Notes under the pieces: generated by a model
What the model was told of the DNA's origin: nothing
What the model saw: only the letters and a program-made list of their open reading frames with translations
Database searches by the model: none
Part shown: positions 18,637-28,470 of the stretch, in pieces
Layout: the number at the start of each line of letters is the position of its first letter
Position numbering within the stretch: the stretch's first letter is position 1
From: an uncultured Gemmatimonadaceae bacterium
Lineage (GTDB): Bacteria > Gemmatimonadota > Gemmatimonadetes > Gemmatimonadales > Gemmatimonadaceae
Reading direction: 5' to 3'
Length of the DNA: 64,000 nt
Assembly: GCA_963846925.1 (NCBI GenBank)
Contig: CAWJXW010000007.1
Location: 5,495-69,494, forward strand
Program-made: the position numbers and the translations under genes

Positions 18637-21600
18637 GTGGACCTGCGCGAGCAGCTTCAATCGACGCTCGGTTCGTCGTACACGCTCCGGCGCGAGCTCG
18701 GCGGCGGCGGCATGTCGCGCGTCTTCGTCGCCGACGAAACGCGGCTCAACCGGCAGGTCGTCGTCAAAGTGCTCTCGCCCGAGCTGGCGCAGGGGATCAG
18801 CGCCGAGCGGTTCGAGCGCGAGATCCAGCTCGCGGCCTCGCTGCAGCAGGCGAACATCGTCCCCATTCTGAGCGCGGGCGACTCCGGCGGCGTTCCGTAC
18901 TACACGATGCCGTTCGTCGAAGGCGAGAGCCTGCGTGCGCGTCTGCGCGCACGCGGCGCGATGCCGGTCGCGCAGGCGGTGAGCGTGCTACGCGACGTGG
19001 CGCGCGCACTGGCCTACGCGCACGAACGGGGCATCGTTCACCGCGACATCAAGCCCGACAACGTGCTGCTTTCCGGCGGCGCGGCAGTCGTCACCGATTT
19101 TGGAATCGCCAAGGCGATCTCCGCGTCGCGCACGAAATCCGGCGACGGCGCGACGCTGACGCTGCTCGGGACGTCGATCGGCACGCCGGCGTACATCTCG
19201 CCCGAGCAGGCCGCCGGCGATCCGGAAATCGATCAGCGGGCGGACATCTATTCGTTCGGCTGCATGGCCTTCGAGCTGTTCACCGGGCAACCGCCGTTCA
19301 CCAACCGTACGCCGCAACGTCTCATGGCGGCGCACATGAGCGAGACGCCGCAGCCGATCGCCGAGCTGCGCCCCGACCTGCCGCCGGCGTTGGCGTCGCT
19401 CGTGATGCGATGCCTCGAGAAGGACGCGGCCGTCCGCCCACAGTCGGCGGCCGAGTTGGCGATTACCCTCGACGCTCCCGTCAGCGACGCGGCCGGCGCA
19501 ACGATGCCGGCGATCCTGCTCGGGGGACGAGGCATGCTGCGGAAGGCGCTCCTCGCCTACGCCGCCGCGTTCGTCGTCGTGGCGGTCGTCGCGAAAGCAG
19601 CGATCGTCGGCATCGGGTTGCCGGACTGGGTCTTCCCGGGTGCGCTCGTCGTGATGGCGCTCGGGCTGCCGGTCATTCTGCTGACCGCCTACAGCCAGTA
19701 TGTCGCGCGCCGCTCCGCATTGGTTTCGCCGACCTTCACGCCGGGCGGCACGCCGTCGCTCGCACATGGCACGGTTGCGACCATCGCGATGAAGGCGAGC
19801 CCGCATTTGTCGTGGCGGCGAACGGCGATGGGCGGCGTGTATGCGGTGGGGGGATTCATCGTACTGATAGGCGCGTTCATGCTGTTGCGCACGCTGGGCA
19901 TCGGGCCCGCGGGGTCGTTGCTCGCCGCGGGGCGCCTGTCGGCGCGCGACCGCGTGCTCGTCACCGATTTCAACGTCAAGGGAGCCGACTCGTCGCTGTC
20001 GAGCGTCGTGACCGAGGCGGTGCGCACGGAGCTCGGACAGTCGAACCTGTTCACGATCATGAGTCCGACGACGGTCGCCGCCGCCCTGCGGCGCATGCAA
20101 CGCCCGGCGACGAGTCGCGTCGACCTGCCGGTTGGCCGCGAGGTAGCGCAGCGCGAGGGTGCGAAAGCGGTCGTCGACGGCGACATCACGCCGCTCGCGT
20201 CGGGGTTCATCGTCTCGCTCCGGCTCGTGACCGCGGACTCCGGCGTCGAGCTCGCGTCCTTTCACGAGACGGCCGAACGGCTCAACGACTTGCTGCCAAC
20301 GCTCGACAAGCTCGTGCGGTCACTACGCGGCAAGATGGGCGAGTCGCTCAAGGCCGTGCACTCCGATCCGCCGCTCGAGCAGTACACGACATCGTCGCTC
20401 GAAGCGTTGCGCAAGTTGGCCGAGGCGAGGCGAGCGAACAACGTCGAGGCCAACGCCGCCAAATCGATCGCGCTCCTCGAGCAGGCGATCGCGCTGGACA
20501 CCGCGTTCGCGATGGCGTATCGCAGCCTCGGCATCGCGTACAACAACCTTGGCATGCCGCGCGAAAAGGCCGACTCCGCGTACGCGAAAGCCTACCGCTT
20601 CCGCGACCGCCTCACCGAACGCGAGCGATACCTGGCAACCGCCGCCTATTTTGGCGGGCCGGCACGCGACCGCGCCCGTGAGACAGCGGCGCTCGAAGAC
20701 TACCTCGCGCGCTACGCGCAGGACTACGCCGTCTACAACAACCTCTCACTGCGACTCGAGTCGCGTCGGTCGTGGGCCAGGGCGGAGTCGACATATCGAC
20801 GTGGAATCGCGGCGGGCCCCGATGCCTCGCTGCAGTACGGCAATCTCCTGCGAAATCTGGTGAGCCAGGGAAAATTCGACGACGCGGCCGCGCTCCAATC
20901 CGAGATCAACCGACGGTTCCCAGGGTCGCCCGTCGGCGAGGCGGTGGCGTCTCAGATCGCGGTGTCAAAGGGATCGTTCGATACGGCGGCGGCTCAGCTG
21001 GAATCGGTGCGCGCGTCGACGAAAAGCGCGCTGGTTCGGGAGCGGTCCGACGAATTCCTCCGCGGAATCTCGCTCACGCGGGGCCGGCTTTCGGACGCCG
21101 CGCGGCGGCGCCGCGACATCGTCGCGGAGAACGGCGCCCTCGGTGCCGCCTCATCGCCCCTCGATGAAGCGATCGAGTCCGCATGGATCGACGTCTGGTT
21201 TCGCGAGCAGCGCACTCGTGCCGTGGCGACGCTCGATAGTGCGATCGCCAAGACACCGTTGCGGACACTTTCCGCCGACGAGCGCGATGACTTCCAGATC
21301 GCGAGCATCTACGCCCTCGCGAACCGACCGGACAAGGCGCGCGCCGTTCTGGCGCAGTACGACGTGGACGTGCGCGACACGACGGTTCGCCGGGCGCAGG
21401 AGCCCCGGCGGCACGCCGCGCTCGCCGAAATCGACATCGCCGAGGGCAAACCGAAGGAAGCCCTCGACGAAGTGCGGCAGAGCGATCGCCGTCCCGACGG
21501 GCCGGCGGATTCGTGTCAGCCGTGCTTCGACGCCTCCATGGGTCGCGTGTTCGACCTCGCGGGGATGCCCGACTCGGCCATCGCGGCGTTCGAGCGCTAC

Positions 21601-21831
21601 ACATCGACGACGTACTGGGACCGGCTGGACGACCGTGCCGACCCCGCCCATCTCGCCGGCGCCTACAAGCGACTCGGCGAGTTGTACGAGGCCAAGGGGG
21701 AAAAGCAGAAAGCGGCGTCCTACTATATGAAGTTCGTGGATCTATGGAAGAACGCCGATCCCGAGCTTCAGCCGAAAGTGACCGAAGTGAAGCAGCGCCT
21801 CGCGCGCCTCGGCGACATCGAGAAGCGCTGA
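18637..21831 (+). CDS. membrane Ser/Thr protein kinase with TPR-rich C-terminal region
   Basis: 1064 aa from a GTG start. The kinase core is LGGGGMSRVF, VVVKVL, HRDIKPDNVLL, DFGIAK and GTPAYISPEQ. TM spans occur at about aa 300-420, followed by a long helical-repeat tail. Confidence 0.9.
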   Translation: MDLREQLQSTLGSSYTLRRELGGGGMSRVFVADETRLNRQVVVKVLSPELAQGISAERFEREIQLAASLQQANIVPILSAGDSGGVPYYTMPFVEGESLRARLRARGAMPVAQAVSVLRDVARALAYAHERGIVHRDIKPDNVLLSGGAAVVTDFGIAKAISASRTKSGDGATLTLLGTSIGTPAYISPEQAAGDPEIDQRADIYSFGCMAFELFTGQPPFTNRTPQRLMAAHMSETPQPIAELRPDLPPALASLVMRCLEKDAAVRPQSAAELAITLDAPVSDAAGATMPAILLGGRGMLRKALLAYAAAFVVVAVVAKAAIVGIGLPDWVFPGALVVMALGLPVILLTAYSQYVARRSALVSPTFTPGGTPSLAHGTVATIAMKASPHLSWRRTAMGGVYAVGGFIVLIGAFMLLRTLGIGPAGSLLAAGRLSARDRVLVTDFNVKGADSSLSSVVTEAVRTELGQSNLFTIMSPTTVAAALRRMQRPATSRVDLPVGREVAQREGAKAVVDGDITPLASGFIVSLRLVTADSGVELASFHETAERLNDLLPTLDKLVRSLRGKMGESLKAVHSDPPLEQYTTSSLEALRKLAEARRANNVEANAAKSIALLEQAIALDTAFAMAYRSLGIAYNNLGMPREKADSAYAKAYRFRDRLTERERYLATAAYFGGPARDRARETAALEDYLARYAQDYAVYNNLSLRLESRRSWARAESTYRRGIAAGPDASLQYGNLLRNLVSQGKFDDAAALQSEINRRFPGSPVGEAVASQIAVSKGSFDTAAAQLESVRASTKSALVRERSDEFLRGISLTRGRLSDAARRRRDIVAENGALGAASSPLDEAIESAWIDVWFREQRTRAVATLDSAIAKTPLRTLSADERDDFQIASIYALANRPDKARAVLAQYDVDVRDTTVRRAQEPRRHAALAEIDIAEGKPKEALDEVRQSDRRPDGPADSCQPCFDASMGRVFDLAGMPDSAIAAFERYTSTTYWDRLDDRADPAHLAGAYKRLGELYEAKGEKQKAASYYMKFVDLWKNADPELQPKVTEVKQRLARLGDIEKR

Positions 21832-21847
21832 CCCGTGCCGGACGACG

Positions 21848-23272
21848 TCACGCCGCCGCTTCGGCGCGGTCGTGGCAGGGAAGTGAAAAACTGAACGTCG
21901 TCGTGTCGCCCGGCACGCTCTCGGCCCACATGTGCCCGCCGTGCGCTTCCACCAAGCCGCGCGCGATGTAGAGACCCAGACCGAGCCCCGCCACGCCGCC
22001 GCGGCGTGTGCCGCTCGTTCGCCCGAACCGGGTGAAGATCCGCGAGAGTTCTTCCTTCGGGATGCCTTTCCCCCGATTCACGACGCCGAACCTCACGTCG
22101 TCGCCGATCTGCGCCAGGTGAACGTGAATCCCACTCTTTGGATCGCCGTACTTCGCCGCGTTGCTCAACAGGTTGCCGAGGATCTGTTCGAAGCGATCGT
22201 GGTCCACGTACACGGGCAGCAAAGCGCCCTCGATGGACAGGGCGACGTCGCGTTGCGGCGTCAGATGGCGCAGGCGCTCGAGTGTCTCGCGGACGAGCTG
22301 GGCCGGATCATGCCAGCCGCGCTCGAGCGACAGGCGGTGCGCTTCGAGCCTCGAAACGTCCAAGAGATCGTTCACCATGCGATTCAGCGAACGCGCGGCC
22401 GATCGAATGTGGCGCACGGTTGCTGATTCGGGTTCGGTGAGGTCGCCGGGGTGAAGATCAGGCAGCATCTCGGCGGACATCGTGATGACGCCGATCGGCT
22501 GCCGAAGGTCGTGGGCGACGACCGACGTCCATTCTTCCTTCAGCCGCTCGAGCGTCTTGAGGCGAGTGATGTCCTGCGAGGTTCCTCGCAAACCGACAAA
22601 CTTGCCCGACGAGTCCCGCACCGGCTCGCCGTGCGTCGCGACCCAACAGCTCGCTCCGTCCGGGAAGACCGCTTCCAGCTCGAGCTCGAACGGAGTCCCC
22701 TCTTGCATCATTTTTTCGACAGCCACTCGAATCGCCGCCGCGCTCTCGGGCGTGAAAAACTGGCGGAGCTCGTCCGGACCTGGTAGCGGCAGCGACGGGT
22801 CTCGGTGATGGATCCGATATAGCTCGGGCGACCACCAACCGGTCTTGGTCCGAAGGTCCCACGTCCAGTTGCCGATGTGCGCGAGCCGCTGCGCCTCCTC
22901 GAGCTCGTTCGTCGTCGCGGCGAGCGCGCGCCGCGCTCGCCGCAAGTTCTCGTGGAGGAGACTGACCGCTGTTCCGATCGCCAAAAAGATGGCGACGGTC
23001 AGCAGGTATCTCGGGTCGGCGGCGCCAAGCGCCCGCTCCGGCGGTGCGAGAAACCACCACACGAGGGTGGCCGAGAGGATCGTGGAGGCGATGCCGGCCC
23101 CGAGTCCGCCGAGCCACGAACTGACGATGACGGCGCCGTTGAACATCAGCCAGCGCGTTACCGTCGACAGGAACACCGCCTCGGCGCCGAACGCGACGAA
23201 AGGCGGGAGCACGGCGCAAAGCGCCAGGCGAAGTGCCCGGCCCGGTCCGGTGTCTACAAAACGTTTCGCCAC
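21848..23272 (-). CDS. PAS-domain sensor histidine kinase with N-terminal multi-TM (DUF4118-like) module
   Basis: 474 aa with four N-terminal hydrophobic spans and a PAS-like region (IGNWTWDL...WSPELYRIH). The H-box is VVAHDLRQPIG. HATPase motifs are NLLSNAAKYG, NRGKGIP and GLGLGLYIA. Confidence 0.85.
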   Translation of the reverse strand: MAKRFVDTGPGRALRLALCAVLPPFVAFGAEAVFLSTVTRWLMFNGAVIVSSWLGGLGAGIASTILSATLVWWFLAPPERALGAADPRYLLTVAIFLAIGTAVSLLHENLRRARRALAATTNELEEAQRLAHIGNWTWDLRTKTGWWSPELYRIHHRDPSLPLPGPDELRQFFTPESAAAIRVAVEKMMQEGTPFELELEAVFPDGASCWVATHGEPVRDSSGKFVGLRGTSQDITRLKTLERLKEEWTSVVAHDLRQPIGVITMSAEMLPDLHPGDLTEPESATVRHIRSAARSLNRMVNDLLDVSRLEAHRLSLERGWHDPAQLVRETLERLRHLTPQRDVALSIEGALLPVYVDHDRFEQILGNLLSNAAKYGDPKSGIHVHLAQIGDDVRFGVVNRGKGIPKEELSRIFTRFGRTSGTRRGGVAGLGLGLYIARGLVEAHGGHMWAESVPGDTTTFSFSLPCHDRAEAAA

Positions 23273-23378
23273 GCGCTCTTCTCCTGCCGAATCCTCGTCG
23301 GGCGGCGCCGCGCGGACGATTGGACTTTTGTCATGACGCGGCGGCGACGAGTCCGGTCGCGGCTCGGCCCGCGTCAGT

Positions 23379-23840
23379 TCATTTCGGCGCGAGATAGTCC
23401 TGTGCGGCGACGATCTCCCATCCCCCTTTTCGCTTCACCCACGTGTCCGTGAATCGATAGCGGTGAACGAACGGCACGCCCTTGCTGCGTCCCTCGACGA
23501 TCAGCCAGCCGGTGACCGCGGCGGTGACGGCGCCGAACTCGTGGACTTCCATTCCCTCGTTGCGCGCCGCGGTGACGGTGTCCGCGCCGCTCGTGACGTC
23601 GTTCAGCACCTCCTCGCGGCGCATCAACTTGTCGTTTTCCGTATAGACGAACTTCGGCGAGAGGAGCTTGTCGAAGAGCGCGCGATCCCTCCTCACGAGA
23701 CCGGCGGCCCACTGATTCTCCAGACGCACCAGCTCGACGGCGCCCGGCTTCGGCTCTTTCACCTTCTTCTGGGCGAGCGCGGTCGGTGCGAAGAGCGCGA
23801 CGAGCAGGATCGAGCGGACGAATTGGGGGGGGCGTTGCAT
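23379..23840 (-). CDS. secreted SnoaL/DUF4440-like (NTF2 fold) protein
   Basis: ORF 23379..24110, with the start taken at ATG 23840 (MQRPPQFVRSILLVALFAPTALAQ signal peptide). LENQWAAGLVRRD...FDKLL...F and WVKRKGGWEIVAAQ are typical of DUF4440. Confidence 0.6.
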   Translation of the reverse strand: MQRPPQFVRSILLVALFAPTALAQKKVKEPKPGAVELVRLENQWAAGLVRRDRALFDKLLSPKFVYTENDKLMRREEVLNDVTSGADTVTAARNEGMEVHEFGAVTAAVTGWLIVEGRSKGVPFVHRYRFTDTWVKRKGGWEIVAAQDYLAPK

Positions 23841-23970
23841 GCGGCCTCGTGGGGGTTGCAGTTTCGAGTCACTGGACAATGTGGTCAACGAAGCGTCGTC
23901 GCAACGGCGGGCCCGGCCACACGGATCAGTCGCCGTGGGGTATGCAAACTGCCGTCCGGTCGAGCGACGC

Positions 23971-24996
23971 ATGAGCAACGAAACAGCGAACGACGTCGCG
24001 ACCGCGAGAAGTCTTCGCTGGCCACTCCTGGTCCTGGCCGCCGGCATTCTCTTCGCCGTCGCGCCGTTTCTGTCGGGGCTCGTCGGGGCGCTCATTCTTT
24101 TCGCGCTCACGCGCCGGCTCCATTATCGCCTCGTCGCGTTCATTCCTCCCAGGGCCTCAGCGTTGGTGATCGCGATCGGCACGTTGGCCGTCGTGCTCGT
24201 TCCCGGCGCGTGGCTCGTGTCGACGATCGTGGCCGAGGCGAGCACCGCACTCCGCGGCTTGACTCCCGAGGATGTCACGCGGTGGGTGGCGTCCACGCCC
24301 ATGGGCGGTTCCGATCTGACGAAGGACATCGGCGGCGCCGTGGCGGGAATCGTCGGATGGATTTCCGAGCGCGCCGTGCGGTTCGTCGGCGGCGTCGCCA
24401 CGGCGACTCTCAACGCGGTGTTGGCGCTGTTCGGTCTCTATTATCTGCTCCTCGACGCTCCCTCGCTGTGGGCGCGCGTCAAGCGTTTGCTCTCGGTGCC
24501 TGAGGATGTCGCCGATCTGCTCGCCGTGCGCTTCGGCGCCGTGACGGACGCGTTGCTTCTCGGGACGATGCTCACGTGCGTGCTCCAGGGGACGATCGTA
24601 GGAATCGCGTTCGCTCTCGTCGGCCTGCATCCGGCGGTGCTCTGGGGATTCGTCACGGCGTGTGCCGCGGTGCTTCCGATCCTCGGCAGCGGATTCGTCT
24701 GGCTGCCGGGAATCGTCGTGCTGCTCGCCACGCATCGCTTCGGCGCGGCGGCGCTGCTCGCGTTGCTCGGCGGCGGAATCGCCTCGAACGTGGACAACGT
24801 CGTGCGCCTCGTAGTCTACCGGCGTGTCTCGGGAATCCATCCAATGGTCACGCTCGTCGGCGTGTTCGCGGGAGTCCGGATGTTCGGTCTCATGGGCGCG
24901 TTCATCGGACCGTTGGTGCTTTCGTGCTTCGTAGAGCTACTCTCGGTGTACGACGAGGCGCGTCTCGGTGCGGGCGCTCGCGTCGCGCCCAAATAG
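23971..24996 (+). CDS. AI-2E family (PerM-like) transporter
   Basis: ORF 23839..24996, with the start taken at ATG 23971. It has about 8 hydrophobic spans. LNAVLALFGLYYLL and the GFVWLPG motif are characteristic of the family. Confidence 0.8.
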   Translation: MSNETANDVATARSLRWPLLVLAAGILFAVAPFLSGLVGALILFALTRRLHYRLVAFIPPRASALVIAIGTLAVVLVPGAWLVSTIVAEASTALRGLTPEDVTRWVASTPMGGSDLTKDIGGAVAGIVGWISERAVRFVGGVATATLNAVLALFGLYYLLLDAPSLWARVKRLLSVPEDVADLLAVRFGAVTDALLLGTMLTCVLQGTIVGIAFALVGLHPAVLWGFVTACAAVLPILGSGFVWLPGIVVLLATHRFGAAALLALLGGGIASNVDNVVRLVVYRRVSGIHPMVTLVGVFAGVRMFGLMGAFIGPLVLSCFVELLSVYDEARLGAGARVAPK

Positions 24997-25012
24997 CGGC
25001 CTGGTGGAGCCG

Positions 25013-26056
25013 ATGAGCGGTTCGATGAGGGCGGTCTTGCTCCGACGGCCAGCTCGCGATGCAGACGAACCCCTTCCGCTCGAGGCGGCCGTCGCGGCAC
25101 GGCCAACGGTCGGTGAGAACGACGTCCTCATACGCGTGTCGGCGTGTGCCGTGTGCCGAACCGACCTCGATGTGGCCGAAGGACGCGTCTCAGCTTCGCA
25201 CTATCCGGTCATTCCCGGGCATCAAGCCGTCGGTGAGATCGAAGCGGTCGGGGCGCGCGTTCGCGACCGAAGGGAAGGGGATCGCGTCGGCATCGCGTGG
25301 ATCCGTTGGGCGTGCGGCGAATGCCGTTGGTGTACGTCCGGCCGAGAGAATCTGTGTCCCCGATTCCAATCGAACGGCTGTGACGGCGACGGCGGATACG
25401 CGGAGTATGTGTCGGCTCCCGCGGCGTTCACCATTCCGATTCCAACGGCGCTCGACGACACGCACGCGGCGCCGCTGCTCTGTGCCGGCGCCATCGGATG
25501 GCGGTCGCTCCGCCTCGCAAACATCGACGACGGCGAGCCGCTCGGCCTCACGGGCTTCGGCGCCTCGGCGCACCTCGTACTCCCCATGGCCCGGCACCGC
25601 CATCCGAATTCGCCCATTTACGTATTCGCACGAAGCGATGAAGAGCGCGCGCTTGCGCGCGAGCTCGGCGCAGAGTGGGCGGGCGACACGACGGACCAAC
25701 CGCCGCAGCAGGTCGCGGCGGTCATCGACACGACGCCCGCATGGAAGCCGGTCGTCGAGGCGCTGCCCAAGTTGATGCCCGGCGGCCGCCTCGTGATCAA
25801 CGCCATCCGGAAAAACGACTCCGATCGGGCGGAGCTGCTGCGATTGCGGTACGAGACCGACCTCTGGATGGAGCGCGAAATCAAGAGCGTGGCCAACGTG
25901 ACGCGGCGCGACGTCCGCGAAGTCTTGGACGTGGCCGCCGACCTGTCGCTGAGGCCGACGGTCGAGACTCTGCCTCTCGACGAGGCGCCGGTAGCGCTGG
26001 CGCGGATGCGAGCGGGACGGTCGGTGCGTGGGGCGACCGTGCTCGTCATTCGCTAG
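25013..26056 (+). CDS. zinc-dependent alcohol dehydrogenase family oxidoreductase
   Basis: ACAVCRTDL and PVIPGHQAVGEI supply the catalytic Zn ligands. CGECRWCTSGRENLC supplies the structural Zn cysteines. The start is ATG 25013 or 25025. Confidence 0.85.
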   Translation: MSGSMRAVLLRRPARDADEPLPLEAAVAARPTVGENDVLIRVSACAVCRTDLDVAEGRVSASHYPVIPGHQAVGEIEAVGARVRDRREGDRVGIAWIRWACGECRWCTSGRENLCPRFQSNGCDGDGGYAEYVSAPAAFTIPIPTALDDTHAAPLLCAGAIGWRSLRLANIDDGEPLGLTGFGASAHLVLPMARHRHPNSPIYVFARSDEERALARELGAEWAGDTTDQPPQQVAAVIDTTPAWKPVVEALPKLMPGGRLVINAIRKNDSDRAELLRLRYETDLWMEREIKSVANVTRRDVREVLDVAADLSLRPTVETLPLDEAPVALARMRAGRSVRGATVLVIR

Positions 26057-26071
26057 CTGGCGAAGTACGCG

Positions 26072-26650
26072 CTAGCCGGCGCGCGGGCTCTCCAGCGCGA
26101 GCTTGGCCGCGCCGACGACTTCGACAGGCATAGCGCTGAGCTTTCGAAACACCCGCGCGCGCCGCAGCACCGGCCACCAGTCGTACAGGTACATCTCCAT
26201 CGGGCGCCACATGCCGACCCAGCCGGCGATGGTGAGACTCTCGCGCACATAACCGGCCCAATCGCCGTTCTCCGGGACGAAATGTCTGCCCAGGAGACAC
26301 GTCGCGAGGAATACGAGGCCGGTGGCCAGCGCCACTCGGCCTTCGCGCATGATCCGCCTGAACTCGAGATCCGCGATGCCCGCGCGATACTCGTAGTAGT
26401 GGTGGATCGCGTCCGTGATGAGCGGAGTCGGGTCGGTCGCCGGCCAACGCTCGAGATGCACGCGGAGCGCGAGTGGATGGTCCATCGGATACTCGCGCGC
26501 CCAGGTGACGATGTACTCGTCCGCGTCCTGATCGAGGTCCCGCTCGGGGAAGGGCGACGGGTCCATCGAATTGAAGAGCTGACTGACCTCGTGGAGGTTC
26601 AGCTGGATCAACGAAACCGGCTTGGGGCTGCCGCGCGAGAAGAAGCTCAT
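26072..26650 (-). CDS. hypothetical membrane protein
   Basis: 192-aa ORF with a soluble N-terminal half and two predicted TM spans (VALATGLVFLATCLL, LTIAGWVGMW). No motif recognised. Confidence 0.55.
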   Translation of the reverse strand: MSFFSRGSPKPVSLIQLNLHEVSQLFNSMDPSPFPERDLDQDADEYIVTWAREYPMDHPLALRVHLERWPATDPTPLITDAIHHYYEYRAGIADLEFRRIMREGRVALATGLVFLATCLLGRHFVPENGDWAGYVRESLTIAGWVGMWRPMEMYLYDWWPVLRRARVFRKLSAMPVEVVGAAKLALESPRAG

Positions 26651-26836
26651 TGGGGGAAGCGGAGTCGTCCGTCGTACTGCCCTGCTTGGTGATTCACGTT
26701 CCGGGCCGTCGCGAGACGCGCTTGCGCGGGGCTAGCCCCGCCGAGGCCAGCCGTGGGGCATTACATTGGCAGCGCGCCACCGGGTGACGCGGCTCGGGGC
26801 GCGGAAGACACCGACCTCCTTGCTGCGGAATCGCGT

Positions 26837-27211
26837 ATGGAAAGGGAGAAGGCTCTCGCGCTGTACGACAAGCTACTGGCCACGAATCCGGACGTGCAGC
26901 GGAAGGGCGACACCATGCCGTACACGTCGCTCAACGGCAACATGTTCAGCCTGTTCACCAAGGAGAACCGGCTGACCCTCCGGCTTCCGGCCGGCGAGCG
27001 GGAGTCGTTTCTCGCGCGCTACAAGACGACGCTGTCGGAGCAATACGGACACGTCCAGCCGGAATACGTCGTCGTTCCCGATTCACTGTTGGCGAAAACG
27101 GCCGAGTTGAAGCGCTATTTCGACATCAGCTATACATATGTCTCGTCGCTGCGGCCCAAGGCGACGACGAAGAAGAAGCCCGCCGCCGCGAAGCAGCGAC
27201 GAAAGAAGTAG
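26837..27211 (+). CDS. hypothetical protein with Lys-rich C-terminal tail
   Basis: ORF 26753..27211, with the start taken at ATG 26837 (MEREKALALYDKLL). The tail is KATTKKKPAAAKQRRKK. No family recognised. Confidence 0.5.
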   Translation: MEREKALALYDKLLATNPDVQRKGDTMPYTSLNGNMFSLFTKENRLTLRLPAGERESFLARYKTTLSEQYGHVQPEYVVVPDSLLAKTAELKRYFDISYTYVSSLRPKATTKKKPAAAKQRRKK

Positions 27212-27239
27212 CTCAACGCACGCGCAACGAGTCGACACC

Positions 27240-27722
27240 ATGCCAACCGCGTTCATCCAGCACCCGGGCCGACCGGGCATGTTCGGCGCTCTGATGGACG
27301 AGTACGCCCGAGCCGCCGAGGACTTCTGCCGTGTCGTCGATTGGTTCGACGCGTCGCGCTTCGACGGCGAGCGCTCCGAGAACTCCGCGACGACCAAGTC
27401 GCCTCGCATCATGTGCGCGCACGTGTGCGGCGCGGCGCACCGCTACGCACACTACATCCGCAAGGCGCGCGGCATGGACTTCATCGAGCAATATCAGGTC
27501 GATCCGGCGCTGATCTCCTCACCGCGCGACGTGCGGCGCCTGCTCGCCGAGGGGATCATGTTCACGGAGGCGACGGTCGAGCTGCTCCGCAATTCCAGCG
27601 AGGATGAAATCCGGGCTCTCGTGTTCCCCGTGCGCTGGGGCCCACAGTACGACCCCGAGATGCTCCTCGAGCACGCGATCTGTCACCTGCTGCGCCATCG
27701 GCGGCAGCTCGAACGGTGGTGA
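27240..27722 (+). CDS. DinB-family (four-helix bundle) protein
   Basis: ORF 27138..27722, with the start taken at ATG 27240. Histidines are spaced as in DinB/YfiT (HVCGAAHRYAHY ... LEHAICHLLRHRRQL). Confidence 0.6.
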   Translation: MPTAFIQHPGRPGMFGALMDEYARAAEDFCRVVDWFDASRFDGERSENSATTKSPRIMCAHVCGAAHRYAHYIRKARGMDFIEQYQVDPALISSPRDVRRLLAEGIMFTEATVELLRNSSEDEIRALVFPVRWGPQYDPEMLLEHAICHLLRHRRQLERW

Positions 27723-28447
27723 CACGCTCGGTGTCCGTGCCGACTGAGCGCAGGCTTTTCACGTGGGGACGGCGCGCCGCGGCGTTTGCGGCGGCCGGGG
27801 CCGCCGTCGCGATGCTCGTCTATCCGGGCGGCACGTACCGCGACCACTCCACGTCGGGATACCAGTTCTTTCACAACTTCTTCAGCGACCTCGGCGCCAC
27901 CGTCACCTTCAGCGGCCAGTCGAATCCGATAGGCTCGGTGCTCTTCGTCGTCAGCCTCGTCGTGCTGGTCGTCGGGATGGGCGGCATTCTCGCCGGACTG
28001 GCCCGAGTGTATTCGCGCTCGCCGCGCGCGGTCCCGCCGATTCGACTCGCGGTCGTCGCCGGCGTGTTCGTCTGCGCGTGCTTCATCGGCGTCGCGGTCA
28101 CGCCGGAGAACCAATTCCGATCAACACACGTGCTGTTCACCAAGCTGGCGTTCCGTGTGTTCCCCGCGGTGCCGCTCTTCCTCGGCCTCGCGGCGAGTCG
28201 CGGCGAGCGGTCGTCGCGTGTCGGTGTCGCCTGGGTCGCGATGATCGCCCTGCTGGCGGCGTACGTCGTCGTCCTCGACTTTGGACCGCGTGTTTCGACT
28301 CCGATCGGGCTCGTCGTGCAGGTGACGGCGCAGAAGATCGTAGCGGTCGGAGCGGTGCTGCTCCTCGTCTACCAGTCGATCCTGGCGGAGCGGGTCCAGG
28401 ATCCTGCGATCGCCCAACAACAGTTGCTGGTCGAGAGCGGCCGGTGA
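27716..28447 (+). CDS. hypothetical multi-pass membrane protein (DUF998-like)
   Basis: 243-aa ORF with about 6 hydrophobic spans. The start codon is uncertain (GTG 27716 overlaps the upstream stop). Confidence 0.55.
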   Translation: MVTRSVSVPTERRLFTWGRRAAAFAAAGAAVAMLVYPGGTYRDHSTSGYQFFHNFFSDLGATVTFSGQSNPIGSVLFVVSLVVLVVGMGGILAGLARVYSRSPRAVPPIRLAVVAGVFVCACFIGVAVTPENQFRSTHVLFTKLAFRVFPAVPLFLGLAASRGERSSRVGVAWVAMIALLAAYVVVLDFGPRVSTPIGLVVQVTAQKIVAVGAVLLLVYQSILAERVQDPAIAQQQLLVESGR

Positions 28448-28470
28448 CGAGTTGCAACTGACCGCTTCGC

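Noticed and set aside
18555-20681. 708-aa plus-strand ORF overlapping the Ser/Thr kinase gene in another frame
   Set aside because: It has extreme Arg/Ala/Gly content and no recognisable domain. The overlapping frame (18637..21831) carries all the kinase motifs.
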